Part shown: positions 35,060 through 48,821 of the stretch, piece by piece
Layout of the letters: every line of letters starts with the position of its first letter
Numbering within the stretch: position 1 is the first letter of the stretch
Origin: Hydrolagus colliei
Taxonomy: Eukaryota
DNA length: 64,000 nucleotides
Direction: 5' to 3'
Assembly: GCA_035084275.1 (NCBI GenBank)
Contig: CM068751.1
Location: 19,902,001-19,966,000, forward strand
Translations under genes and position numbers: made by a program
Notes under the pieces: model-generated
The model's database searches: none
What the model saw: the letters and a program-made list of their open reading frames with translations, nothing else
What the model was told of the DNA's origin: nothing

Positions 35060-35442
35060 GAGTCCTGTAGCTCAGTGGTTAGGTCACTCGCCTTACAAGA
35101 GAGAGAGACTTGGTTGACTTCCAGACAGGGCGAAACCTTGGGCAAGTTTCCTCACTCCACATGCCTAATAATAATCCCTCAACAGTAAAAAAAAACTGTA
35201 ATAAATTGGTCAATTTCAATCCACGACTGTTTGTGGGGACACTGCTGTGCACAATTGGCTGTCCTGTTTCATCAACATTTAGTAATTCACTTTACAGTAT
35301 ATTCTGTGAAGTGCTTAGAGATGTCTATACAACAAAAGCCTGCAAAATACAGTCAGTTAATAGTAAATCCCGTGAAACACCTTGACATGTCCTTCTGATG
35401 TGAACAGCACCATATCAAATGCACGGTCTATTGTTGTTGTTA
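35060..35442 (+). mobile_element. Young tRNA-derived SINE with a rearranged 3' end
   Basis: Head gagtcctgtagctcagtggttag; body to about 35325; second partial tail at 35370-35442. Confidence 0.88.
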
Positions 35443-38321
35443 GCACACCATTTCCTACTCTAACTCTAACTTGTTCTATCCCAGCACTTAAAATTGTGGA
35501 ACTTCTTACCTCCCTCAGTCCTTCCTTCCTTCCTTGTTAAAGCTATTGTCATGAAAACATTCCTTTCTGATTTATTTTGATCTCTTGTTCATATCAAACA
35601 TGACCAATACATTGGACCTTAGCCCTCTACGGATGTTTTTGAAATGATGTTTGATAAGAATCACATATGGAGTGTAAACCACAAAGGTTGTAACCTACAC
35701 ATGCAAAGAACTCATAAATATTGAATCCTGCCAGTTCTGGGTCCGTAGTATCTATAAAATAAGCTACAGCTTCTGGGTCTGATTGCTACAGGTTTCCGCT
35801 CCACCCCCTACCCTCCCCTCCATGACCCCACCCACTGGAAAATGTATTTGTGAGGACGGGATCTGGCTGAGCTATAATGCCCACCCCCACTGCTCATTAT
35901 CAAATAGTCCGAACACATGCTATCCAGCCTCGTACATAAAGAACATACAGAAACATACCCCCTAAATCACTGTCTTCAGAAGAGGAACAAGGGAGGCAAT
36001 GGGGCAAGGGGTTAATGTAGCTGTGTCTTCAGCTAAAATCTTGTAGCTAAAGTCTTCAGCAGGCGTGTGGTGAAGGTTGTTTTGAACGTCCTCCTGGCGT
36101 GAAAAGCTCTCTGTGAGTGTAACTTGTCGTTCCTTGCTCTCACTCACGAGTTGTTGGAGTTTGAGTCACTGTGACAATCATTCGGCACAATGGGTTAAAT
36201 ACATTTTTACATTTTGCATCGCAATGCCATCGTTCCTTTATTAGTGATTTTTGTGGGAGAAAGGTGTGTGTGTGTGAGTGAAGCAGTCCTTCCAGCTGGC
36301 TGTCGTTAGCTCTATTTAGTTTGACAAGAGGATAAGGCTTCTTTTTCTTCCGTGCTGTGCCACTGTACTTACGGAAGAGTTAATGTATCTGGCTTTTTCC
36401 TGTGTTCTCAAGATTGTGAGGCAGTCGCTTGCCTCAGTTCTCCAGACCAGCTGCCAACGTTGTCAGCACCAATCTGTCAGAGAGGATTTCTTCTGGCAAA
36501 ACTTTGTGCCTCCATCCTGACACCTCGAACAAACTGATTGTTGTCTCCTGCCTCCCAGGGCCCTCTGAAGTCCTAACGTGTTAGCATCCTCTGAAGAGAT
36601 GAGAAAGGGACTCGTAAAATCAATTTATCAGGCTGTTACATATTGTCATCAGTCAAAACAAAAAGCCGCTAAAGACAGGGGAAAAATGCAACAAACAGGT
36701 CTCTGAGAAAAGGTTACAACACATCCATCTTCTCCTCTTCTGATTGTTTCCTTTCTTTCTCATACCCGTTTCCCTTCTCTCAAAGACACTTTATGACAGC
36801 CATTGTAATCTCTATAGTATGGAGGGGAACCTCTGATTTAGGACAGAATCGTAGCGGTCTATGAGTGACAGCGGGAAGGGTTCCAACTGCCACTGAGGAC
36901 ACGAAGCAATAAATCATCCATCCCTGGCATCAACTGGCTCAGTCTGATCCCTACTTCCTGAGTGGATAGCAGTGCCTCTGTGTGTGACAAAACAGCCATT
37001 GTCAAGCCTGGGCAGCAAAAGATTCCTCCTGCTGCCTTTGAGGGATTTAAGAGAACATGAGTTTGTTGGGAAGAGATGGGATGAGAAAGGGAAAGAGATT
37101 AAAAGTAATAGAATGCGGGGTGTGGGGGGAGGACAAGAAAGAAGGATGGATTGTGAGGAGATAAAAGACTTGTGTAATATAATGGCACTGAGAGCCTAGA
37201 ATAAAAAAAGAGTGATATAGACACTGTGCCAAAATTCCACATTAATAACTGGTTTCACGTATTAAACAGAAAACCCGAGACACAAGAGCGCAAATCAATT
37301 TCACACCAAGTGAATCATTCTCTGTGTGTGCATCCGTGTGTATGACTGAGTGTAAATTAGTACTTGTTTGTATACGAGTATCTGTATGTGTGCATGTGTG
37401 TGTTTATCTGTGTGTGTGTGTGTTTTCAACCTAATACACTTAATTGCACAACTAAACTGTTGCTTTGTGTGTAGTTCTCTGGAGTGAAATTATCCCTGAA
37501 ACAAATTAGAAGCCCACATAATTATTATTATTAAGCGCAGAGACTCTGGAGATGTTGGTGAGATAAACTCCCTCGGTCATGGAGAAAATCCTAATTGGTA
37601 AATCTCCACTGAACAGCCCAGTATCTACACAACACAACAACATGTCAGACAGGGGATGAAAGTACAGCTGGAAGTGCATATTACTGAGCACCACTCTGCA
37701 GCCGTATAAACGGCACTGAAAATGTTATCAAGCAGCTATACAAAAGTCAATGGTTATGTGACAAGAGTGTACATATGCACAAGATTGACTAGAGCGATTT
37801 TTTTTAAAAAGCTTTCAATTGGTGTGTGTGTGTGTGTCTGTATACGATGGGGGTAAGTCTAACTGTGCCTTTTGAAATGTATTTGTACAGTTTTGTGCTT
37901 GGCACTGTCGTTTTGACAGTCGTTGAATTTTGATGAATCTTAATGGATTGCTTTAATCAAGACTCTGACCACATATTTTTGATATTTAACTCTGCGTCTA
38001 ACTTACCAGTAGTTGTTATGTTTCAGGGAGGTGCAATCCGGTAAACTCTGGGTCAGTCCACTCCAATCTGTTACTTAGTCGTTGCGTTTAACTCTTTGAC
38101 GGCAGGTAGTCAGTTGCGGCAAATTTCCGGTCTCCATGGAACGATCATTTTCTTAGGATTTCAGCTTTAATATAATGTACGTCAGACAGTTTTTGTCAAC
38201 AGTTTTTAACCTGGAATGTTGACTCGAAACCACTGAACTAAAGTAACCACAAAAATCCCTATCAGGCCATAAGAACTGAGAAAGTAGTCTCAGAACAATG
38301 CCATTGGATCCTCGGGAAAGC

Positions 38322-38390
38322 AGCAACAACAACTACATTTGTATCAGGCCTTTCGCATTGGAAGGACATCCAAAGGCACTGACAACAGGA
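38322..38390 (-). mobile_element. L2-type 3' tail fragment
   Basis: caacaacaactacatttgtatcaggcctttcgcattggaaggacatccaaagg. Confidence 0.6.
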
Positions 38391-38590
38391 TACAAGCTCA
38401 ACCTGAGGAGCTTTAGTATTGCGAAGGTATATTACAGGACGGACACCAGAAAGTGTTTCCATACACGGTGGGGGTAATTCATGTGTTTGAAAAGTGTCAA
38501 CAGGAAGGGTGAGGGAAGCCAGGATGCCGGGGGTATTTAAGAAACTGCTTGATGCTAGAATGGGACGGGACGATGGAATGCCGTGAGTTA

Positions 38591-39044
38591 ACATGCCCGC
38601 ACCAAACTTCGCTCCCCCATTACCCCAGTCCTTGCCAGACTTCACTGGCTCCCTGTCCCCGAGAGGATCGACTTCAAGATGTTTTCAAATCCCACCATTG
38701 CTCTGCATCCCCCCCTACCTCTCTGATCTCTCTCCTCAAACCAGTTCCCGCTGCCTTCGTTCCTCTGGGTCTGGCCTCCTCCATGTCCCCGAATCCTCCG
38801 CTCCACCCCCGGTGGCCGCGCCTTCAGCCACTACACCCGAGGCTCTGGAACTCCCTTCCCCACTACCTTCACCTCGCCCCCTCTCTTCCCAGTTTCAGGT
38901 CCCAGCTGAAGACCTTTCTCTTCGACTGCGCTTTTCGTCACCTTCCTCCCCCTGCCCCTGGCTCGGTCCCGGGAATCGCTATTGTGAAGCGCTCTGAGAC
39001 GCCGTCCGGCGAGGAGGGCGCTATGTAAATCAAAGTTGTTGTTG
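38591..39044 (+). mobile_element. L2 LINE, 5'-truncated 3' end (ORF2 C-terminus plus 3' UTR)
   Basis: Frameshifted ITPVLARLHWLPVPERIDFK, PYLSDL, LRSS, RAFS, LWNSLP and FRSQLKTFLF motifs; stem-loop tail ending gcgctatgtaaatcaaa(gtt)n. Confidence 0.9.
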
Positions 39045-39594
39045 GGTTCTTCCTCCTTCGTTTGTATCTTGAAAGACATCTCCGGACTGAGTTGTATCAC
39101 TGTAGCATTGAGGTGGGCAACTCACCCTTTACCCTACTGTGATATGGACATGGGGCAGGTTAACCTACATATACTGCAAACATTGTACAAGCTTAACCCC
39201 ACAAAGCAGTGACTCACCGAGGCGAGAAAACTCTCTCCAGGATGGAAAACACAACTATAACTAGAGTCTGTAGTAATGAGATTACACTATATTTTATCTA
39301 TTATTTACCGCACTGTGCACTGTGCACCGTAAGTGATGACATTGATACATTACATGCTGAGGATGTGATGGATGTAAATGAGATAAAAATGGTTATTACC
39401 CAGATCCCACTGGAAGCAGTAAAGACAAATCAATGTAGGAAAATGAATGGGATGAAGTTGTTCTGTCTCTCAGGGAATTCATTGTCAAACCACTGAATAA
39501 TCCACAATGTGGAGTGAAGAACCTTTCACTGCTTGCTCCTCTCTAAACAAAAGGCTTGGAGGGGGCACCTCGCTTCCCTCTCCCTTGTCTCCTT

Positions 39595-39770
39595 CAAGGC
39601 CCATCTCAAGATCTTCCCCTCTTCGCCCTTCGATCACCTTCCTTACCCTACCCTATCTACCCCCCAGCCCTTCTGATCCCAACCCCCAGCTCGGGTGCAA
39701 ACCCTTGACTATCCAGCTCCTTGGGATATCATCCCGACGCGAAAGGCGCTATACAAATCTGATTTTTTTT
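39595..39770 (+). mobile_element. L2 3' UTR fragment
   Basis: ctcaagatcttcccctctt...ccttgggatatcatcccgacgcgaaaggcgctatacaaat. Confidence 0.7.
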
Positions 39771-40107
39771 TGCCACTTTAAGAAATTCTCAAATTCGTAT
39801 GAAATTTGAAAATTTCAAGGCACCAGATTTCAGCAATATAAACCCACAAAGCATACAGGCAGAGAAATTCCACTGGAGACTTCCTCTGTTTTTTGCAGCA
39901 TTTCAGCATGTGCACAATTTGGCAAATATTTTTTTTATAATTTCAAGCCATTTTCCTCTAAGTTTTTTTTTTAAAGAACTACAGAAAAAGTAACTCCACC
40001 ATTGACTGAATTCAACAATTTGCCAAATTCTGAATACTCTAAAATGTTTAAAAAATAGAGTAAATTCAGACCCGAATGGTGCTTCCAAATGTTAGTTCAC
40101 CAATTAG

Positions 40108-40250
40108 AACAGCAAAATTACATTTGTACAGCGCCTTTCATGTCGGAGAGCACGTCCCAAGGCGTTGAACAGTCAGGGGTCAGGACCCGAGCGTGGGGTG
40201 GCAGGGTTGGGATGAGGGAGGGCAGAGAGGTTGGAAGGGGCAGCTGAAGG
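40108..40250 (-). mobile_element. L2 3' UTR fragment
   Basis: aaattacatttgtacagcgcctttcatgtcggagagcacgtcccaagg. Confidence 0.7.
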
Positions 40251-40974
40251 CATAATAGTACATAACTATTAACATAATAGTGAGCAGTTGTGCCCCAAAT
40301 CATCTAACAACCTCATTGACCATGCATCAGAGTTCGACTGCTTCTCACTCTTCCTTTATGTTAATTGGGTATGGTGGAAAAACAAGAGAAGGGAAACAGA
40401 CCGAGTCTGGCCAGAGCCATTGCCCTGGTCAGCGCTGTAATGGATACTCTTGATGAAAAATTGGCTCCTTGAGGCAAACAAGGTCAGCAGTCATAACAGG
40501 TTCAGTCTGGTATTGGCAGCTCATCCCCGACCATTACAGTTATTTACCAAAGAAATCTCAAGCAGGAAAAGTCCACCAGCTATTCAAATGTAAAAGTGTA
40601 TCTATAGCAAACCATTCCTCAAGCTTTACAAAAAAAAAACTTGCTTTAAATATACTGTAGTATTCTGAATCTGAATGAATTCTCCTCCCCCAGACATGGG
40701 ATGGAGGCCACTGGAACCCAGCTGACATCAGCTACATCAGAACTGTCTGAAAATCAAACCTCAGAGGCGCTGAATCCATTATGAGGGTGCTCGAAACCAT
40801 AACTTACGTGGTACATTTACTTCTTGGGAGCTAGAAACTAACATGGCTATGCACACCACTTAAATCCATTATCTGTTTGATCAGCTTGATGAATCCCAAT
40901 CCTTTATTTTGCAGAGCACAGGAGTCAGGTGGCAGAATACTCTCCTAGAGGGGCAGTACCTTTTCACCTGATTT

Positions 40975-41088
40975 AATAATAATAAACGCTGCATTTGATA
41001 TAGCGCCTTATCGTACCTTCGAGGCATCTCAAAGCGTTTCACAGAACGTACCGTAAAGTGAATTTGACTTTATATTTTGTGGGCGAAT
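40975..41088 (-). mobile_element. Young SINE 3' fragment
   Basis: tgcatttgatatagcgcc...ttgtgggcgaa. Confidence 0.8.
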
Positions 41089-41307
41089 TTATTTAAAATA
41101 GGAAGCTCGGTGCCTCAGAAACAAAATATATTCTTTTACTGAGAATATTCATCAATAACTTTTTTTTCCCTCCACAAAGTTCGTTAAAGTCATTCTCCAA
41201 AGCATTGCTGAGGTCAGGCCCAATGACCATCTTCCAACCCCTTAAGGGCCATATTGAAACACTGATCTTGGATGGGAGGGAGAGGTAGAGCAACCTTAGA
41301 GCGTAGT

Positions 41308-41584
41308 GCAGTCCTTTAGCTCAGTGGTTAGAGCACTTGCTTTGCAAGCGAGAGACCCGGGTTCGTTTCCCGATGAGTCAGGGCGAACCATGGACAAATT
41401 TTCTTACTCCACTCGCCTGATAATAATCCCCCGAAAAATCCCTGCTGTGCGCAATTGGCTGCCATGTTTCACCCATAGATATACAGTCAATTCACTTTCC
41501 AGTATATTCTGTGAAACACTTTGAGATGTCTAGAAGCTGTGAAAAGCTCCATTATATCAAATGCAATGATTATTATTATTATTA
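41308..41584 (+). mobile_element. Young tRNA-derived SINE with an internal deletion
   Basis: tagctcagtggttagagc head, ggttcgtttcc B box, tail atatcaaatgcaatgattattatt. Confidence 0.88.
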
Positions 41585-42721
41585 AGCTGGTCAACCAAAG
41601 CAGCAATCTCTCAATGCGGAATGCAGAAAAGGCTGTTCTGTATAATTTAGCCATAATCTAGGGAAGAAAAGGAGAGTGGGGGAGAAAACTGATAGAAGAG
41701 TATAAGAGGACAAATAATATGCGGAACTAGCTTCCGCAAAGTATTCTCCCAATTTGAAACAAAGCCAAGATGGATAAACAGAAATGGCACTTACTCTGAT
41801 AATATGTAAATCAGTTTACACATTAACTAGATTTGGCTTTAAGTTTCATGTTTGGTGATGAATCCAATTTGTGTAAAGATGGTTATGACTGGATGCTCTT
41901 TCAGTGTTTAAAGATTCCTCTGGGTCCTAGGCTGTATCCATGTTATTATCACACCATCCATCATGTGAGCATTTTTATATCCAATGAATTGATCCTCAAA
42001 GATTTGCCTTGTGAAAAAGGTAAAGCTATTATTGATATGTCTGCTTTAAGAGGATAACCTCGAAGAACTGGGCACACATCAATAACTGATGCAATGCAAA
42101 AGCATCTTTGCACTTTCTGCTCTGTAGATTTAAAGGGAACGTCATGTTTCTAGGTGACATACACTCACCACAGACAACAATCCTCCTGCCCTTCCCCTTC
42201 TCTCCCTGTGAATTTTGTCTAGAGGCACGGGATGTTTCTAACAGCAGGGATGTTAGAACTCTTCCCTTCTTCGCAGTACAATCTTAGCATCAAGAACTCC
42301 CAGATCACAGTTAAATGCAAAACAAAGTTGTCTCCACTCTGCCCCAACCATGCACCTCAGCCCCAACAACAAATGTACGCCCCCTACTGCAACAATGTGA
42401 CATTTGCTATTTCTATCACCAAATATTCCTTTGTCCACTCTCCATTGGATTGCATGAGACTAGTGCTGAGCTAAAGATGGTTTTGTGTTTCAGACCTACT
42501 CTGAACTTGGTTGACAGTACTTCAAACATATTTCGCAATCATTAGACTTTACACTCATTAGACAGAACACATGACTTTCATTCCTCCATTGGGCATTGAA
42601 ACATTTCTTTTAGAAATATTTTTAAGTTCAAGTATTTATCATTTTATAATGAGATTAATTCATAAGGAATCTTTTTTATTGAATGCTTTGATTGTTGTAA
42701 TATCATCAAATGCAGTATAAT

Positions 42722-42832
42722 CATAATAATCCTTGCATTTGATGTAGAGCCTTATCACAACTTTGAGATGTCTCTGTGCGCTTCATTGAATATACTGTAA
42801 ATTATAGTGACTATATTTTGTGGGCGAAACCT
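42722..42832 (-). mobile_element. SINE 3' fragment
   Basis: aataatccttgcatttgatg...ttgtgggcgaaac. Confidence 0.8.
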
Positions 42833-45800
42833 ATAGTATAAAACCACAAACTTTTGAAACTGACCATTTTAGGAGGACAGGTACATCCCCAAACCCTCAG
42901 TTAGTCGAGGGTTAATGCACTGGAGTGAGATCAAATTGGATTCATTCACTCTATAATCATTGGGCTGGATGTTGCTTGCCGAAATACACAGGGGAGCTTG
43001 AATGCCTTATGTGGAGCTGTTAGCCAGTAAATAAAGAGGAATTTATTGTGCGTTAATAGTCAACCTGCATTCCACGGTGAAAAAAACACATGGATCTTTA
43101 AGGCATTTGCATTGAGTCAAAATAAGTTATTCTAACCTTGTGCAGATCACTACGCGGCTGCATTTGCAATACTGCATGCCTTTCCCGTCACTTTACCTTT
43201 CACAAAGTTATTGAAGGTGTTGGCGTGACGGTTCAGGAAAGAGATACCAAGGTTATTCTCAGAGAACTAATAAAAGTGCTGCTAATGCAGGACTGAGTAA
43301 AACAGATCAGAGCTTTAGAGGTTTGAGTCTCAGTTTATGAAGAGAGAGATGGTGGGGTGGGGGGTGGTAGCAAAAATTGGCCAAAGATCCAGGTTGGTGA
43401 CCTATCTGGTGAGCACTAGATGAGGTTGCGCAACCCCATTCACTACCCCCTGCTCTCCCATGGTCATCCAGTATTGCCAGCACTAGCTGTCGAGGCTCAC
43501 ACGTGACTAATGGCTGCTGAGCTGAGGGTACCCAACGCCTAAAGCACTGTGCACCAATGGGAACCAAAAACATATAATGCCTTCAGAGGGATGTGGGAGG
43601 GGGTGGGGAGGGGGGGGGGGGGGGGGGGGCGGGATAGTTGGGGGGGCAGAGAGTTGATTAAAAAAAAGTGGTGGAAAAAAAACTTTTTTGAAAAAGGAAA
43701 TGATGTTGGGAATTTGGTGCTTTGGGTCAAGAGGAGATGTCTGCAGAGAGTTGATACAAGTCTCTAAAACACTGAGAGGTAAGGGTGGTATATTTAACCA
43801 GTTGTCTTCCTGGATGCCGCATTTCAACAAGAAGCTCGGCAGCTCACAGCGTCCTTACCCTAATGAGCTTCAGGAGGAGCAGTAGAGGGTGACTCTCAGA
43901 CATTTCTGTTTCTTATATGGATGAAATACTAATAATTTGTTTAACCCTTTCCAGGACTGTGGAGGAATTTGCTCATTCAGCACTTTTTTTGTACCTGGCT
44001 TGATAGTGTGTCACGGGTTTAAAAATCGCTCAGGTGATCTTACGAAACTTTTTAGAAGAGGGAGGGGGAAAGGGTTGGCGGTTTCAGCGAAATGCCTTAA
44101 ATGTTTTTTTTTTTTAGTTGTGTTCTACCTGTTTATTGTTGTATTTTAGATTTAGCGTTACCTTCCTAGAGAATAGCCTGACATACGAGTAGCTTCGCTC
44201 ACTGTAATGTCAATATTTGTTTCAGGGTTTCATTGTGTGAGCTAAAAAAAACCCCAACCAAACCAGCCCGCTCGGGAAGAGTGAGATCTCTCTCAGGTGC
44301 TTTTCAGCAGTTTAGTCTGGCAGCGAGAATTCGGGGGGAGTGTCCCCCACTCAAACACAAGTCATGTTACAGCCTGGAATTTATGGATAGTCAGCTTACG
44401 TTTCAAATGAATGACATTGAACCAGAGTCCAGATGATACAGTAATAAAAAAATTTTTTAGATGAGTTATATGCGGTGATGAAACCGACACTGAACATCAA
44501 TGCGAAGGGCGACTGGGTAAGGCAGTATGAATGCGGATACACATGTATCAGATATCCCTTTTACAGAAAATCCTATAATATGCCCCATAAATTCCCTTGC
44601 TCTTGCCCCCTGTTGGACTTCACAGCACTCTCCCCCATTTGTAAGCAAATCGTATTGACTTTATGTATTCTATGAAATAACAGTTGTACTGGAGGGGATT
44701 GATTGTATCGCAACCTTATGAAACGCTCCCACCATCCACTGACGACTGCTTTAGAAACCGTGGGTCACTGTCTGCTGTCGGTGACCCCAATCTCTGAGAT
44801 TGGCATCGGTCACCTCCAAGTCAATGGGTGCCCACAGCTCAGGATTTCAAGTGTAACTGATGTGTTAGTGCGGTTTCTAGTGTGTATGATTTAAAATAGC
44901 CCAGTCATTACTTTAATGAGCTGAAGGGTCTTTATTCGAGGATGACTTTGTGTGGTTGAGTCACCACCAGTGCAAGTTTAAAAAAAAAAGTGAACTTGTC
45001 TGTTAATTAAATCGTTTCAGACAGTGTTACAAGCGCGTGATTAATCAGACGAGCTTTGGGTCGTAATTAAGTCTGTGCAGCGGCACAGTCCATCATTTTC
45101 AGTGGACGAGGCTCTCCGTACGTATACTGACCTGCTTGTCCACAGCCTTACAGTGTGCGCGGAGCGGCGTTCCCAACATACTCTGCTCCCAGTGTGAAGG
45201 CAGCAGCAAGAGCAGCAATAAGAAATAAATCCAGCCTGTAGCTCACTCCTGTAACCTAACAGCCATCATAAATAATGGGAACCTATTTGAAGGAGGAAGA
45301 TGGTGCATTAGAGGCTATTTACACTACTGGAGTGATGTGATCGATCAGTAGCAGGAACCTGCAGATAGGGCTTCATCTATGATGTCATTTTTATTTATGA
45401 TTAGACACTGACAGTATTGCGGCCAAGAATCTCTCGCGGACAGCCTGATTGATTTCTGATTATGATGCATTCAGCACTTAAAGGAACAATCAACGAGGCT
45501 AGCGAGCTGGAGATGAGCCTGGGCCGAGCTGGGGAAATAAGAGGTTTCATAATAGGCTCTGGCTTCATAACGCATTCATAGAGGGATCCAGTCAGTCCTT
45601 TACGTGCAGGGCGATTACTCGCAACCTACCTGCAGGTCCTGTTAGACACGTTGTCACTCAGGAATGTGAATGATAGGGTCACTGAATGATATTGGATTAT
45701 CTGTTGGATTTAACGTTAAGGGTTACAAGCCTGTTCTGTTAGGTCAGATTCGGTCTTGTACGGGATTCTTAAAATCCAGTAGGTACGTTTGTCTGGCCAG

Positions 45801-48299
45801 TAGTGTGTCATGGATTCTGTTCCAACCTGTGAGATTTGGGGGATTTACAAAAATATATTAACTTGTTTAAAACATTAAGAGACATTGAAAGAGAGCAGTG
45901 AAATGCGATGAATAACAAATGGGGATATGTAGAAAAACAGGTAGCAGTAGCTCAGACACAATGTCCCTTTCCTGCTCAGATTTGTGATATCCTATAAAAT
46001 AGTTAGTTGCTCAGATCTCGCGTGTGAAATGAAATCTTGTTGTGTGTCATCGAAGTGATGGAGGTCAGTGCTGGGAAATGTGGTACCTGCCATCCCTTCT
46101 TCTTCAAAGTGAGGTCTTGTGTTTGGTCGTATATTCCCCTCTCCATCTCTTGCTCGGGGTTTGATGCTCTCATTTTAAAGCACTCTGAGACTTTATACAT
46201 ATGAACAGAGCTATATTCAGGCAAGTTATGTTGTATTTTTGCCCAAACTCTTATTGGTCATGGAAAGAGGCCATTTTCATCCCGGCACGGCAGTCTGTGT
46301 TGGATTAGAACGCTCGTCCTATCGGTGAAAGGTCAGGGTGCTTACCCATTGTGTCACCAGTTCAACTCTCGCTAAAGTTTTGGCTCAAATCAAACAATTA
46401 TACATCACATCACTGATTCTGTTTGTAGCTCAGTACTATTTTGGTTTACAGAACAGAATAGAACCTGTGGATTCCTGTTGAGGATTCCTATAACACAGGC
46501 AGTGCACCAAGATCTTGCAGTCCATTTATAGCAAGTTCAGCACCTTGGGACATCCGCCCCCCACCGCCCCCCCCACTCCCACCACCGGACGTGAGTAATA
46601 CTCGCAGTTCATCATGTCTCAAACTCTCCAGCCACCTTACTGTACTTTGAAGTATATAGACTGACTAGAAGATGCAGCCAGACATCTTATCTGTTCAAAT
46701 TATTTTATTGGGGAGGGGAGTGGTATTGATATAATTCTTCCCTTCTTTATCTTTGAATGTCAGTGTATTGGGTTTTATCTGTCAGCTTGTTGCTGTAACT
46801 GGGGAAAGAAGGGCTGTGGTCTTGATAACCAGCACCACGAATTACTATCCTCTCATTTCCTCTCCTTCGACCACCCAGCACCTCTCTGGTTGTCGTGACT
46901 TCGATTGCAAACTGTACCAGGTAGGAATAAGCTTTGGCGCACTTTTACATAATACTGGGTTGGGTTGGACCGAGTAGGATTCACTGGAACCAAACTTCCA
47001 CTTTCAAAAGACTTTGCCTGCACTTTCTACCTTTGACTGAGAGAATAAACCATTGCCACCTCACACTCAGGTTCGTCACACCCCGAGATGAACACTTCTC
47101 AAGGTCGACTCAAGGTTGTCACTCTGTTTTTAATGAGACTAAGTTTAGCTCATAAAACACTGTGGTATTCCTGCCTCAATATCTTCACCATCACCTGTCT
47201 GTCTGCTAACAATATAATATATTTATTTCTCTAGGAGAGTTTTCTCAAAGGCAAAATTGTCCAGGAAATTGATTGTCTCCAGACTGAATTATTATTCCTT
47301 AATGGGTCAATAAGAGCTGTTCTCAAACTTCAAACTAGAAGATACAGTATTGTAATAATCATTCTTTTCGCTGCCTGTGTAAAACCAATGTTCCTGTCAC
47401 CTGAAAGCTTAGATCTTATAAAAAGGGCCTTGGATCCAAATTTTAGAGACACCAATGAATGGTATGTGTATAAAGTGGCTGTAAAACTAAATGGACTGAG
47501 TGAAGCTTTTTTTTATTCTGGTGGCATAAAAGTTTGTGAGCTTCTTGTGCAATTAACATCTTTATTGGTTATATTTGCTGTTAGTGTAAGTGGTGTGATT
47601 ACACATTTTACAGGAACACTAGACAGGGATAATCGCTACATCATAAGCACTGCACTTGAACACCACAGCTGTGTACGTACGTCTGATTGTTGGGTACTGG
47701 AAGACATCGTTTTTTCTTTATGTGTGTCACTTGATAAGTGAGGCTTATTAACTGGACTAGTTACACATTCATGTTGAAGGGGGTGGGGTGGGGAGGAATA
47801 AGACTGAAAAGGTGACCTGCAAAATCTGTTTCAGAACAACTCGAATAAAGTTAAAGGGAAATATACGTGACGAAGAGCAAATAAAACCAAGTGAGGCGTA
47901 ACACACTCATCTCATTCCTTTGTAACTCTTAATTGTTAGAGGTGAAATGAAGATCGTAATAGCTGCTATATAAATTATATTAGTATTTTTATTATTATAC
48001 TGTGCCTCTTGAAGTTCAATTCATATTGGGACAAAGGTCAGCAAAGTCTCTCAAAGAGGATCTGATGATGATTCAAGTGGGAAACTGTATTGTCACCCTG
48101 AGTCAGTAAGGAGTGTGGGCTTATAGAGGTGTTCTCTGTTCCATGTGAGTCATTGGGAGGAACCTCTGTACAGTACATGGGTTCTATTGACCTTACAATG
48201 GGGCAGGAAGAGACGCAGTAGCGGGAGATCGCTCCCGAAACATCCGCTAGGAAGATCATTGGGAGGTAGAAGAACACGGCAAGGAAATTGAGACGCTTT

Positions 48300-48820
48300 A
48301 GAGTTTCTGCTCTAAACCCTTACGGTAAGAGACTGAGACACCCCATTGGTGTGCTTCAATGTGATACACATGGTTTTCAAACCAATGATTTGGTTGAACT
48401 TGAGTTTGAATCGTCGGATGTCGTACGGGAACTGTACAATGCTCTGGCCAGATCGCATCTCGAGAACAGCATACAGTTCTGTTCACTACGTAAGGGAGAT
48501 GCCAGCCCCTAGAGGCAGCGCAGAGGAGAACAGCCAGGATGGTCCTCAGTGTCAGAGGGATGAGCTGTGAGCGATGATTAGGCAAGCGAGGGCTCTGTAG
48601 CCTTGAGAGAACATGACGCAGAAAGGCTCTCATGGAGCCGTATAAAATTTGAAATGTTATTGAAAGTGGTAAACCGAAGTCAATACTTTAGGATGCAACA
48701 GGGCAGGAGAACAAGAGGACCGAGGTTTAAGTTTCAAAGGGTAATTTCAGGACAGACATGTTTTTCGTAACTCAGTGGGTAATCAAAAACAGGCACAGCT
48801 TGCTGCTGTAATGGGGGTGG
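48300..48820 (+). mobile_element. Decayed CR1 LINE ORF2 C-terminus
   Basis: LYNALARSHLENSIQFCS (cf. LYKALVRPHLEYCVQFWS), LEAAQRR, and an RTRG-like segment (agaacaagaggac). Confidence 0.8.
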
Positions 48821-48821
48821 A

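Noticed and set aside
38549-39028. 159-aa and 134-aa overlapping ORFs
   Set aside because: Frameshifted pieces of an L2 ORF2 C-terminus and 3' UTR
43588-43647. Poly-G/G4 tracts (also at 5535, 21797, 24368, 28860, 52840, 59715)
   Set aside because: Very common throughout the window, and homopolymer lengths are unreliable; no specific functional evidence
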